From assembly GCA_028534125.1 (NCBI GenBank), contig CM052817.1, forward strand, positions 9,054,001 to 9,118,000: DNA of 64,000 nucleotides. Reading direction: 5' to 3'. Positions within the stretch are counted from its first letter, which is position 1, and every line of letters begins with the position of its first letter. The notes under the pieces are model-generated. The model did no database searches and was not told the origin of the DNA. It was given only the letters and a program-made list of their open reading frames with translations. Both the position numbers and the translations under genes were made by a program. Origin of the DNA: Lama glama (taxonomy: Eukaryota). Below, in pieces: positions 14,001 to 26,089 of this stretch.

Positions 14001-14719
14001 GTGGTGTAAGATGGCAAACACAGCTTTGCACAGCATTGCACCGGGGAAACAGATAGATAACTGAGGCGTGTGCTTGGAACTTTGGGTATATCTACATCCC
14101 TCATCCAGGAAACATGAGTCACCTACCAATGCATTCTACGGAGAAGATAGCAGTGGATCAGGAGGCCAGCAGCACTGAGGAAAACTCCTTTCTCATAAGA
14201 ACAGGAGGAGTAAACTTTTTTCCCCTAGCATCTAACATGTACTGAATCCACTCCGCTTCAACTCATTGATTCCTTCTCGGAGGTTAGAAGTGAGGGAAGT
14301 GAACTGACACTTACGAATGATTAAGCAACTTGCGCAAGGTGAGACCACTGGTAAATTTCAGGGCTGGAACATGAACCCAGCTCTGCCTGGCTCCACAGCC
14401 TGAGAACTGATGAGAGCCACTCGAGGGAGAACCCATCAGAGCTGTTCAGTGTGGCACACACATAAGGAATTAAGGTCATTGTGGGCCTATTACTATTACC
14501 ACCACAAGGAAACGGCAACCACTAGACAGTGGATAAGCTCACAGAGGGGATCAAGGGTTACTTACTCAGCTGACCTGATTTCTCTAACCATCTTCCATCT
14601 TCCTCCCCTATCCTCAGATCCCATCTTATCTGTGGGTGCAGAGGGGGGCAAGGCCTGCAATGCTTGTGCAGCTGTAGCCTATTAAGAGTCCCACGAACTG
14701 TCCACAGGGTGGAGTGCTA

Positions 14720-14940
14720 AGATGTGTAGAGTCCAAGTCTCCACACCTGAGCTGACAACCCGCGGTCCTTTGATAGCTCTGTGATCTCAGGTGATTTACC
14801 TAATTTCATGGAGCTTCTGTTTCCCTATTTGTAAAATGAGAATAATTATGCCTAGTCATTGTGCGAAGATTCAGTTTGGCAACACACAGAACACCTGGTG
14901 TAGCACCGGATACCTAGTATGTGTTTAACTAATTATAGCT
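14720..14940 (+). mobile_element. MIR SINE
   Basis: gcttctgtttccctatttgtaaaatgagaataat. Confidence 0.8.
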
Positions 14941-15144
14941 GGTGTGATAAACTTCTTATCTCTGTAAGGCAAAGGACTCAGCTATATTTTAGCTCTTTGC
15001 ACTAGATTTCTGTAGTCTGATGCAAGTGGAAAGAGCAGAATGAAAGAGAGCTGGAATCATAAAAGCACAAACGAAATGAGATTTTGCCCAAGAGAAGATA
15101 TATTTCAAACCAGGTGGTGCAGAGCACAGGGAAGCACAGGGACC

Positions 15145-15595
15145 CGTATGTTCCTAGGGCGGCCATAACAAAGTGACACAACTCATTGAGTTAAAACAAC
15201 AGAGATGTATTGTCTCACAATTCTGGATGCCAGAAGTCTAAAATCAAGGTGTTGGCAAAGCCACGCTCCCACTGAAACCCCTAGGGGATAACTCATTCTC
15301 GTTTCTTCCAGCTTCTAGAAGCCTCAGGAGTTCCTCACCTCACCTCACCTATCACTCTGATCTCTGTGTCCGTCTGTGCATAGCCTTCTCCTTGTGTCTC
15401 TGTGTCTTCACATGACTGTCTTCTTTTACAGACATCGGTCATATTGGGTTAGAGGCCCACCTCACTCTGGTATGACATCGTCTCAACTAATTACTTCTAA
15501 CAATGACCCCATTTCCAAGTAAGGTAACATTCTGAGGATTTGGGAGTTAGGAGTTCAGTATATCTTTTGTAGGAGAGGCAATTCAATCCATAACA
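15145..15595 (-). mobile_element. MaLR solo LTR (MLT1C-like)
   Basis: ttcctagggcggccataacaaag..ccagaagtctaaaatcaaggtgttggca..caattcaatccataaca. Confidence 0.88.
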
Positions 15596-15699
15596 TATCA
15601 TGTGAACCAAATTCAAAAAGGATGGCTTCCACTCTCCCCTCCGGGACTCAGGCTACGATCTGGCTAATGAGACCATTGAAACTGCAGACTCGGGACAGC

Positions 15700-15840
15700 T
15701 CATCATGCAAAACTCTTTCCAATTCTGCATATCAGTCACACTGACAGTTTTGAGATTGGCCATGGTGGGAATATTCACACCATGACACCCAGCAAACACT
15801 GCTCAGAGAGGCTGCTATTTGACATTTACCAGCCCACAGC
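15700..15840. mobile_element. hAT-type DNA transposon fragment (MER63-like)
   Basis: ggccatggtgggaatattcacaccatg..catttaccagcccac resembles the recalled MER63 terminus. Confidence 0.55.
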
Positions 15841-16302
15841 TACCTAAGGGGGTTTCTTAGTTCATGTGGGATAGAAAAGAGCCAAAATGTGTGGGTTTCA
15901 GGAGATTAGAGTGGGCAGAATTGAGGAAGATTCTCCCACAAAGACAGAAAGTCCATTCACCTAGCATTGGAAGTGTGCAGTGGAGGTCAGGAGTCTTCCA
16001 TGCTTCTCTACAGGCCTATGGCAAAGAGTGAAGGGAATAAAGGGTTGAAATACAATGTGTGTTTTTTTTTTTTTTTTTTTACAAACATGGGATCATGCTG
16101 CTTTTCTCTGGCAGAGACTTGTTTTATTCATCTTGAAAAATACAAAAATTCTTGAGCATGGAACATGATGGGTGTTCCATATTTGTTAAACTGAAATATT
16201 ATCATCTAATCAGAAAAGCAGGTTTTCTGCACCTTACCCCAATTCACCATCAACAAAAGTATAAGTCTAGGTCACTGGCCAATTGCTAAACCAGAATGAC
16301 TT

Positions 16303-18150
16303 TTTTTTCTTCCAGTTTTATTGAGGTATAGTTGACACACAGCAGTGTACAAGTCTAAGGTGTACAGCATAAGGATTTGACTTACATGCATCATGAAATG
16401 ATTATCACAGTAATTTTAGTGAACATCCGTTATCTCATATAGATACAAAAATAAAGAAACAGAAAGGCAATTTCTTCCTGTGATGAGAATTCTTAGGATT
16501 TACTCTCTTAACTTTTATAATATGCAGCAGTGTTCATTATATTTATCATGATTTGTATTACATCCGGTGTACTTACCTATCTTATAACTAGAAGTTTGTA
16601 TATTTTGATAGCCTTCATCTAATCCCCCTCCCCTAACTCTTGCCTCTGGTCACCATAAATCTGACCTCTTTTCCTATGAGTTTGTTTGTTCATTGGTTTT
16701 TGAAGTGTAATTGACCTACAACACTATATTAGTTCCTATTTATATAACATAGTGATTCAACATTTCTATACATTTCAAAATGACCACCATGATAAGTCTA
16801 GTTAGGATATATCACCATACTAAGATATTAATATAGTTATTAACTATATTCCTCATACTGTACATTTCATACCTGTGACATTTATTTTGCAACTGGAAGT
16901 TTGTAATGCTTAATTTCCCTCACCCTCCTACACTGCTGGTGGGAATGCAATTTGGTGCAGCCACTGTGGAAAACAGTATGGAGATTCCTCAAAAGACTAG
17001 GAATAGACCTACCATATTACCCAGGAATCCTGCTCCTGGGAATATATCCAGAAGGAGGCCTACTTCAAAAAGACACGTGCACCCCAATGTTCATAGCAGC
17101 ACTATTTACAATAGCCAAGACATGGAAACAGCCTAAATGTCCATCAACAGATGACTGGATAAAGAAGATATGGTATATTTATACAATGGAATACTATTCA
17201 GCCATAAAAAATGACAGCACCATTTGCAGCAACATGGATGTCCCTGGGGAATGTCATTCTAAGTGAAGTAAGCCAGAAAGAGAAAGAAAAATACAATATG
17301 AGAGTGCTCATATGTGGAATCTAAAAAAAGAAACAAAAAACAAAAAGAACATAAATGAAAAACAGAAACAGGCTCATAGACATAGAATAAAAACTTGTGG
17401 TTGCCAAGGGGTGGGAGGTGGGAAGGGACAGACTGTGATTTCAAAATTTGTAGATATTGACAGGCATATACAGAATAGATAAACAAGATTATACTGTATA
17501 GCACAGGGAAATATATACAAGATCTTGTGATAGCTCACAGTGAAAAAAAATTTGACAATGAATATATGTATGTTCATGTATAACTGAAAAGTTGTGCTCT
17601 ACACTAGAATTTGACACAACATTGTAAAATGACTATAACTCAATAAAAAAAGTTTAAAAATGCAAATTAATTTCCCTCACCCTCACCTATTTCTTTCCTC
17701 CTCCTACTCCCCTCCCCTCTGGCCACCCCCTGTTTGTTCTCTGTATTGATAGCTCTGTTTCTGTTTTGTTATGTTTATTCATTTGTTTTGTTTTTTAGAT
17801 TCCACATATAAGTGAAATCATACAGTATTTGTCTTTCTCTGTCTGACTTATTTCATTTAGCATAATACCCTCTAGGTCCATTCAATGGTCATCCTAGGTC
17901 AATCCAAATGGCAGGATTTCATTCTTTTTATGGCTCAGTAATATTCCATTATATACATGTATACAATGTACATTATGTATATACATATATACACATGCAT
18001 ACATCTTCTTTATCCATTCATCTATTGATGGACACAGGTTGATTCCATATCTTAAATAATGCTGCAATTAACATAGGGGTGCATATATCTTTTCTAATTA
18101 GTGTTTTTGCTTTCCTTGGATGAATACCCAGGAATAGAATTGCTATGACC
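16303..18150 (-). mobile_element. Older L1 3' end (L1MA9-like), interrupted by a younger L1
   Basis: Poly-T start, antisense 3'UTR. Minus ORF 18018..18257 contains LLGIHPR-like/KDICTPMLIAALF L1 ORF2 motifs. Confidence 0.88.
16922..17666 (+). mobile_element. Young 5'-truncated camelid-type L1 (ORF2 C-terminus, 3'UTR, tail) with 18-bp target-site duplication
   Basis: ORF 16952..17266 [58 protein letters not shown] is L1 ORF2. AATAAA at 17642. ttaatttccctcaccctc at 16910-16927 and 17667-17684. Confidence 0.95.
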
Positions 18151-18299
18151 CTTTTAATGTATTGTTTGATTTGATTTGGTAATATTTTGTTGAGTCTCTT
18201 TGGTACCAAGTCCTTTTCTGCCCATACCCAGGATTTGTCACAGAAGATCATCCCCATTTCACTCCTCCGGTTGGGTTTCTGTGATGGAAAAGAATCCTA

Positions 18300-18665
18300 A
18301 CTAGCAGGACAGCCCTTGGCACTTTGTCCCTAGCTTATCCTTCCAGCCTTGCTGTTTTCCTCCCCAGTGATCTGTGTTGTCACATCACCAGTGGATTCCT
18401 GGTCCCAGAATATGCCACAGTCTCCACACCTCGGTATCATTGCACAATCAGACACCTCTTCCTAGAACTCTCTTGTCCACTGGTTGAACTTCCACTTTTT
18501 TTTTCTTGGTTATTTGCTTCTTTGTATGTTTTTTTAATGTCTTTCCCAGTGTGGATGAACTTCAAAGATCAAAGTATAAATTCACTGCTGTGTCCCTACC
18601 ACCTAGATAGGGCTGGGGACATAATAGATGCACAGCAAATACTTTGTTGAAGAAATAAATGCATT
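18300..18665 (+). mobile_element. L2 3' end fragment
   Basis: ttcactgctgtgtccctaccacctaga..cagcaaatactttgttgaagaaataaatg. Confidence 0.7.
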
Positions 18666-19009
18666 TATCCTTAAGATGGGAGAGAATGTGGTCATGATGG
18701 CAGGTCACAGGCTTTAACGTCATAATCTTGTTAGACTGAACTTACTGAGGACAGGCACTGAGTTTTACCCTTTCTAAAGCCACAGCCCTTCCTTCAGTGT
18801 CTAGCATATGATTGGTATCTAGTAAAAATGTGCAGATTGACCTAGCCTGTAAGCTTTTGAGGCCTGGGGGAAGACCCAGCAGCCCCTAAAACCTTGAAGG
18901 CACTTACTAAACACTAAACCTGTGTTTAGACCTAGATGAAAATTAGCCTAGCTTTTCTTGTCCAACTACTTTCCTACGTTTTTGGAAGAAATAATACATT
19001 ACTTTATTG

Positions 19010-19210
19010 TTGATAATAGTAGCTTACATTTATTTCTTACTAAATTCAATGTGTGTTTTATGTCACTTAATCTTTATGAGAACTGTATATCACAGCTACT
19101 TGCTTTTCCCCTTTGTAGAGACTGAGAAACTGAGGCTCAGGGCTTTTAAGTGATGTGCTCAAAAGTCCGTGGCTGTAGGTGTCAGAGCAGAACAAGAACC
19201 TGGGGCCAAC
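19010..19210 (-). mobile_element. MIR SINE
   Basis: taatagtagcttacatttat..tgagaaactgaggctcag. Confidence 0.8.
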
Positions 19211-19757
19211 GGACAACACTGCCTGTGCACTTCACCACTCTGCCATCACCTTAGCTTAGCTGAAACTCTACAGCAGGCCCTCGGCTCACATTTAGGACAG
19301 AGATGTCAATGGAACACAACCCGTCCTTTAAAGGCTGAGGACTCCGAGGAGAGCAGATGATGACATGTAGGTAGATACATTAGAGTAAGATACAGGAAAC
19401 AGAGACCTAATCCAGGGTGAGGACAATGAGTACAGAGGGATCAGAAAAGGCCATGGGGACTAGGCCTGAAAGATGAGTAGGAGTTAGCCAAGAAAGGAAG
19501 CAGAAAGGAACAGTGAAAAAGGAAGAAGAACATTTTCAAAAGGGAAAACAAGAGCAAATGGCTAAAGACAGAATTGAGTATAGTTAGGAAACAGCACCAT
19601 GTGAGGCAGGAGTGGAGAGGGGAAAGGCTACATCATAAGATGTCAAAGGTCATGGGCATCTTGCCGGGGAGTCAGGCTATCCTGAAGATTCATGCATAGA
19701 ACTAGTATAACTCAACCTCTTGGGTATAGGCTTTTGAATCAGGCAGATCGGGGCTGT

Positions 19758-20320
19758 TGTAGACTGGGTTCCCTGGAAAGCCAAGCAAAAGATAAGAACT
19801 TATGTGATTTTTTAAAAAATTATTATTGTCTATTGCAGAAAGCTGGGAGGAAGGAAAAAAAGAGGTAATTGGAGGGTGGGCCAATAAAAATGCTTTAGCA
19901 AGCTGACTGCAGTGAGGTGTAACTGGTTGCTTGATCCTGTAGGGCTGTGTTCCAAGAAAATATATACAGTGCATCTCTGCACAGCCTGTCCAGGGGAACA
20001 AATAGGGAGAATCAGACCACCTGATTCCAGACCATCTGATTCCATCTCCCACTGATCAAAGGTTTTCCCCATGAGGCATTAATTCCCTGATTCTTCTGGG
20101 CTGGATATGCACAGGTAACTAGGGGTACGGCAGATTCGAGTTCACAAAGAAGCCCCAGGACAGGAGGCAGCAGGCACACTGCAGAGGGTGCCTGGAATAT
20201 GGCGCTGGCAGGTGTCGCCTGCATGAAGTTGGAGGAACTCACACTGAGCTTGTTGCCGTCGCAGCCCCTGAGATGAGGCTGAGAGGATGTGAAGAGGTAC
20301 AGAAGTCGAATGCAGGCGCT
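19758..20320 (-). mobile_element. ERVL-class LTR (LTR16/LTR33-like)
   Basis: tagactgggttccctggaaagc.. resembles the antisense end of the LTR16-like element at 43588-43995. Confidence 0.55.
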
Positions 20321-21002
20321 CCCATCACTTACTGTCTGTTGTATCTTGTGTGCTGGTTAAAGACCACTCTATGCCTCAGTTTCATGAAAATGGAAACAGT
20401 AATTATTTAGCTCCTGAGAAAATTCAAGTGCTTAGGACTGTGCCTGATACCCAGAAAATGCTCAATAAAGGGCAGCTATTCTTACCATTACTGTCATCGT
20501 CAACAACGACAATATAACTGAACAACTTTCCCTGAGATGTCTGCTTTGAATCATTGCTGGTTTTTAATCTATTGTTATACACACAGCAGTTTATCATGAA
20601 AAAAGCAAGAGTAACCTTGAGTTGTAAAAATAGAAATGCAGCACTTGATTTAAATCTCTGTCCCTGGCATCAAATTGATCCCTCTCCTTTAGAGAGCACC
20701 AAGAATGAGGACCCAGAAGGTATGGGTCTCAGTTACACCCCTGCGCACAAGCTGTGTATCCTTGGATAATTCCACTTGCTACAACCCAGCAAATGCACTG
20801 ACTCTTGGCAGACCCTAGTCTTCCCCTGGGAATCACAGGTCAGTCTGGCTCTGCCTTCTGAGCACATAGTCTAGAAGGCAAGTACAACCCTGAAACAGCT
20901 GAGTGTGATAGCAGGCAATATATCCTTCACAAGCATAACAGAGAACAAAGGGGCAAACAGAATCACATGGAAAATTGGTTTCTTCATTGGTCAGAAGGAT
21001 GC

Positions 21003-21520
21003 ACCAGCATGTCCCAAGGTGTAGCTCATGGACATCTAGTGAAATTGAGACTATTTAGGTGGTACACAGACAGGAATTTAAGTTATGCTGAATAATGTAG
21101 TGAGAAAGTCACTTTCATGACAAACGTCCATCCAGGAGAGAGCTTCACTCTGGGCCTTGCTAACCTTCATTTTTAATGAGAAGAGGGCAGGTCAGTGGCT
21201 GAGAGCTTTGTGTTGGCAGACTTTGTATCCATATATGATTTCATAACTTTGTTCTGTTTCATTTTATGGTATATTTTCTACAACTTTTATGGAAGCATTA
21301 CTTTCTAATTGAAGATTCTATTTTAAAAATTATTTAAGTCTTAAAAAGTAAGTTGATTTAAAAACATTTTGTAAAAATAGTACAGATGGTATGTAAATGT
21401 AAGGAAACAACTTTTTTACGACATGATTTAACTTAACTAATCACTTGGCTGGATGGCATGCAAAAATAGCAAAACTTGGGAAGGTGGAATGTACATGTCT
21501 AAAGTTTGGGAAATCCTGGA
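21003..21520. mobile_element. Old hAT-Charlie-like DNA transposon
   Basis: Imperfect inverted termini ccagcatgtcccaa (about 21004) and tttgggaaatcctgg (about 21505-21519) around an AT-rich interior. Confidence 0.55.
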
Positions 21521-21550
21521 ATAGATGACTTGCAAGGGTTCCTGCTTTTT

Positions 21551-21668
21551 TTGGGGGGGGTGGTAATTAGGTTTATTTATTTATTTTTAGAGGAGGTACT
21601 GGGGATTGAACCTAGGACCTCCTGCATGCTAAGCATGTGCTCTACCACTCTGAGCTATACCCTCCCCC
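21551..21668 (-). mobile_element. tRNA-Ala-derived SINE (Vic-1 type, camelid) with perfect 15-bp TSD
   Basis: Reverse complement reads gggggagggtatagctcagagtggtagagcacatgcttagcatgcaggaggtcctaggttcaatccccagtacctcc plus A-rich tail. gggttcctgcttttt at 21536-21550 and 21669-21683. Confidence 0.92.
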
Positions 21669-21734
21669 GGGTTCCTGCTTTTTAAATATCTTTTTGTCCA
21701 TTACACAAATATATATGGAAAACAGTTCTCAGAT

Positions 21735-22048
21735 GAGTGCCTAAAGGGAACTGACACAACTAAGATGACTTATTTACCTGCTTCATCCTTCTGTAGCAGT
21801 AAGGGTATGATGGATAGTGCTAAAGCAGCCATTTTGGACTATGAGGTGATCTTCATGATGGATGCCAAGTTCTAAGAATAGAAAGAAAGGGACCTGGGAC
21901 ATTGATGAATGTAGAACCACTAAAGCAGTCCGATGTTATCTACTGCTAGATGTCTTTCATATGAGACTGAAATAAACTTCTTCTTTGTATATTCCGCTAT
22001 AATTTGGCATTTCTTTTAGATACAGCTGGAGCTAACCTAACTGATGCA
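21735..22048 (+). mobile_element. Ancient MaLR LTR (MLT1J/K-like), 3' part; probable 5' LTR of a proviral copy
   Basis: gcagccattttggactatgagg..gaaataaacttc..ctaactgatgca. Aligns by eye with 23790-24090. Confidence 0.72.
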
Positions 22049-23591
22049 GAACTTAGTTCTTGTAGGAGAAGTAATAAAGGAACAGATACTAAAATTTGTC
22101 ATTGCTTTATAAGAGAAGGCACTAGAGCAATTTTTAAGGCCTAAGATATTGCAGGCAAGAAACTGGGTGCCCTATGCTAGATGGTGGCACAACTTTTGGC
22201 CAACCTCATTCCTGCTGAAAGCAGAGATCACACACTCACTGAGGCTGCAACATCAAGACAGAAGAAAGGAAAATTCCAGAATGTTGGTAGATTAGTTCTC
22301 TATTGCTGAATATCAAATACCCCCAAAACTTAAAAGCTTAAAACAGGAAATATTTATTATCTCACAGTTTTTATGGGTAAGAAATCCAAGCACCACTTAG
22401 CTGGGTCTTTCTTGATCAAGGTTTCTTTTAGGGTTGCAATGAAGGTATCTCTCTGGGTTTCAGCCTCATCTGAAGGCTCGGCTGAGATCTATTTACAAGC
22501 TCACAGACATGGTTGTTGGCAGGACTTAGTTCTGCAAAGTCCATTGGATTAAGAGCCTCAGTTCTTCACTGGATATTGGTCAAAGGCCTCCCTCAATTTC
22601 TTTCCACAGGCCCTTCCAGGCCTTTCCCTCAGAGAGAAAGTGATGGAGTGAGAGAGAAGAGAAAGAGCACTCAAATCCTAATGTCACGAGGGCTCCATCA
22701 CCTCTCCTATATTTTATTAACCCGTAGTGAGTCTCTAAATCCAGCCCACATTCAAGGGAGGTAGATACGTAAGTAAACACCAGGAAGTGGCGATCGTTGG
22801 GGATCATCTTAGGGGCTCCTACCACAGTTGATACGGGACAACATTGCACGACACTTTTAGCAAAGTTCCACAAAAAATAAAGTCAAACAACATCTATCCA
22901 TTTACAAGAAGAAATCATAGGAAATACAGTTTTGCTTTGCCCACAGACTGTCATCCAGACGAAGAATCTGTAATTGGAGAACTTGGAAGATTGTTACCTA
23001 ATGTGAATTTATTATCAGCATTAAGTCGACTTGCTAGTAAAATGGGAATAAATGTATTGCTTCCTGACCAAAGTTTCATACGGCCATCAGGTTCGGGGAG
23101 AAGAATGAACTGAACACAGACAACTGTGAATAAACTCCAAGAGTCTTCAGGTTTAAAACCTCCAGCTTGGCAAGATTTTTGGCTGTGATCACTCAGATAC
23201 AGAACTTCCCAGGAACAGGTAAAACAGAAACCTTCTAAGTTGTCAAACAAGGGTCTGCCTTGCAGGAGCTGTCATTTTCCACGGACTGGTCGCTGTGATG
23301 TTAGACTCACCTTCCCCTTTACTGAATGGGAATTTTTTCTGCAGGTATGCTGTTTCTGCTTTACCACTGAGCATTGACTGTGCAAAGAGTGAGACCCAGA
23401 CAGGTTTTCCCAGTATGTAGGTTCACTAGGGTTCAAGGAGACTCCATCAGACCTGGTAGAAAGAACTGCACATCCTCTGAGATCCTAGACGGTACCTGGA
23501 TGAGCTATCCGGACCCTCTTCCTTGGAGAGGGGTTATGTTCTACATATCAGAAAAAGGCAGGTTTGGATTTGGGGAGCTAAAAAGATAAAC
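22049..23591 (+). mobile_element. Putative MaLR internal region, interrupted by a nested LTR
   Basis: Lies between two co-oriented related LTRs and ends in purine-rich ggggagctaaaaagataaac immediately before the second LTR. Confidence 0.55.
22288..22826 (-). mobile_element. MaLR solo LTR (MLT1F/G/H-like) nested in the internal region
   Basis: ttagttctctattgctg..tttattatctcacagttt..cctaccaca. Flanked by gttgg (22283-22287) and gttga (22827-22831). Confidence 0.82.
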
Positions 23592-24090
23592 TGATGGGAA
23601 ATATTTGATGCCTACCCATATCTGTTGTCCTCTTTTCCCTTAATAGCAGACTCTTGTTTATTCAAGGTGGTGATCCACCTAGATAAAAGGGTACATTCCC
23701 CAGACTGCCTTGCAGTTGGGTAGACGAGATGACTGAGTTCTGTTCAATGAGATGGAAGCTTAACTAACGTGTGGGACCTCTGGGAAAATTCCTAAAGGAG
23801 AGCTAACTCACCTAGAAGGTACGTCCTAATACTTCATTTTCTTCCTGCTGCCTGAGGCATGGATGCAATGGTTAGAGGTCCATGGAAGATGAGGCGATCT
23901 TGAGGATAGAAACCAGTACTTGAATGATGAAGTAGAAGATGCCTGGGTCCCTGATGACCACAGAGTGGCCACACCCACCCTGGGTTTCCTACGTCTGGAC
24001 TTCTTTCATATAAGAGAGCAGTAAACTTCTACCTTATCTAAGCTACTGCTGTTTTAGGTTTTTCACCTTGCATGTAACCAGACTGATACA
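23592..24090 (+). mobile_element. Ancient MaLR LTR (MLT1J/K-like); probable 3' LTR
   Basis: Starts tg, ends actgataca. Motifs cattccccagactgccttgcagttggg, gcctgggtccctgatgac, agtaaacttcta. Confidence 0.8.
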
Positions 24091-24439
24091 AGCACCTAGT
24101 TAACATCCAGGCCTACAAATAGGGAGTTCTCAGAGAAGTGCCTGGCACACAGTAGGTGCTCAATAGCTATGAAGTGTGGTTACTACTCGAATGCAGTACA
24201 TGGATGGCTGCATTTGGTCATCCCAGCAACCCGAGGGCCCATGGACTTTATTACCATCTTCATTTTACACGCAGAAACCCCAAGGCACATAAACTTGTCC
24301 AACTTCAGTCACTCAGTAAATAGCAGAATAGAGATTTGACCCAGGCTTTTGGGCATTAGAATGCCTCTCGGTAATTCTGCGCTACCACCGTCCTCATAAC
24401 CTACATGACCGTAGATCACCCTACACTGTCTATGAACCA

Positions 24440-25060
24440 TAGTGACATTACTTTGTCTCTGGGGACTCTTTCAACCTGCTGATTGGACTGTAAAGGGTTA
24501 ATGAAACATGAACTGCAGGAATTTGGTTCCTGCTACGGTGGACATCGCCCTTCCACACACATTTTGTTTTCCTTTCCCAGCAAACCAGGGTCCCGTCTTC
24601 TCTCGTCCAATCCAGAGCTGTCTGCAGGGAGCTCCCCCCTCCTCTCCCCACCCTGCCCCTGCCCCTCGGCTGGTCGCGAAGCAGAGTGAGAAGAGGACAA
24701 GGGAGCGGCTGCTCCTAATCTAATTAGGTGTCAAGGTGGAGGCCAAGGTAGTGTGGTTGTAAGAGAAGAAGGGGGAAGCGCAGTCTAAACAGTAGAGCCT
24801 CCAGGATGAACGCCTCCTTGGAAGCTGCTGCCTTGCCTGCACCTTTGTGTCAACTGTTTGCCTTGGCAAATCCCCTCACACCTAGCAAGTCGGGCTGAGT
24901 GTGGCAGTAGCAGCAGAAGTGAAGCAGGAAATCAGAGAAAGGGAGGGAGACTTGGGACAGTTCAAGTGCAGCTGGAAGGTCAGGGGTGAGCGGCTCCCAG
25001 GGGAGCTGAAAGGTTGAAGCGATACACTCTCCCGTTTCGCGGTGTTTTTGATTCTTAGTC
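24440..25060. promoter_or_regulatory. Candidate enhancer/promoter island (no recognisable repeat)
   Basis: CCAAT boxes (gattgg 24481, ccaat 24607), C-rich tract, locally raised CpG, ctaatctaattaggtgtca at about 24715-24733. Confidence 0.35.
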
Positions 25061-25269
25061 AGGAGAGGGATGTATCAGGCAAAATTTCAGGACTGATTAG
25101 GAAGTTCTAAGGGAACTAAGTTCTCCCAACATGGATGTGATCTTTGTGTTGCAGAGAGGAAAACTAGAAATAGCAAAGAGAAAATGAAACAGAAGCTGTG
25201 TGAAGAGTGAATACCCAGCAGAGTCTGACCATCCACAAAGCAGGATAATGGTGATTCCTGCTGTGATGC

Positions 25270-25470
25270 TCGCTGACTACAAGTGAGCATTGTTCTAAGA
25301 GCTTTACCTACCCCACTAATCCTTTCACCTTCTCAACAAGGGACACACCTTATCCTCATTTGATGCATGAGGAGGTCAGAGCACAGATAGGGTAAGTAAC
25401 TTGCCCAAGGTTACACAGCCAGGATGCCAATCCAGGCACTTAATCTCTAGAGACCCTGAGCTTAATTACT
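25270..25470 (-). mobile_element. MIR SINE
   Basis: ggtaagtaacttgcccaaggttacacagc. Confidence 0.85.
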
Positions 25471-26089
25471 AGTTCCTTAGAACAAAAGTTTTTGGAGTCA
25501 GCAAGGATGGGAAGGAATGATTCAATTAATGAATGATCAAATTAATGAATAAGTAAATTACTGATTGAATAAATTTACAAACAAATGAATTAAATAAATG
25601 AATCAATCAACCACTTTTGAGAATTACATAGCATTTACCAGGTCTTTATCTTGAGACTACATCCAACTCTTTGAATCTAATCAAAATTGCCACAGAGAGA
25701 AGGCAGGCTGTTATTGGTGTCTTTTTAGGTACCGTAGTGGGAGGATGATTGAAATACAGGAAAGGAGATGGGAGGCCGTTGACACAGCTTGATTTTTCCC
25801 TCCAAGACCAACCTTGGTGTCTCCTATTCTCCAGAAGACAAATCACCTGTCAGTTACTTCCCAAACATAATTTTTGGAATTTTGTAGTTTTCTCCTCTAA
25901 AATGCCATTATTTAGAGATTGATTTGAGTCTCATTAAAAAAAAATAGAGTAGAAATCTGATCAGTCATTCATACTTTTTACTCATTAATTCATTAATTTT
26001 TACTCATTAATTCATTTGTTTAACATTCATCAAGTCCAACTATCTACCAGTCTTTGTGCTAGACTCTGTCCTACCCTGAGAGGAGAGCC

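Noticed and set aside
16952..17266. 104-aa ORF with protein-like composition
   Set aside because: It is the L1 ORF2 C-terminus inside a 5'-truncated insertion with TSDs, not a host gene.
20013..20045. 16-bp tandem duplication cagaccacctgattc/cagaccatctgattc
   Set aside because: Small slippage event inside an LTR remnant.
21594..21668. tRNA-Ala(AGC)-like sequence (also 41040-41115)
   Set aside because: Followed by SINE tail sequence, with TSDs on the first copy and stem mismatches; a SINE, not a tRNA gene.
22844..23250. Overlapping 89- and 99-aa ORFs
   Set aside because: Inside the putative MaLR internal region; no recognisable gag or other motifs.
25965..26020. Repeated tttttactcattaattcatt units
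   Set aside because: Slippage in an L2 3' (catt)n tail; no spacers, not CRISPR-like.
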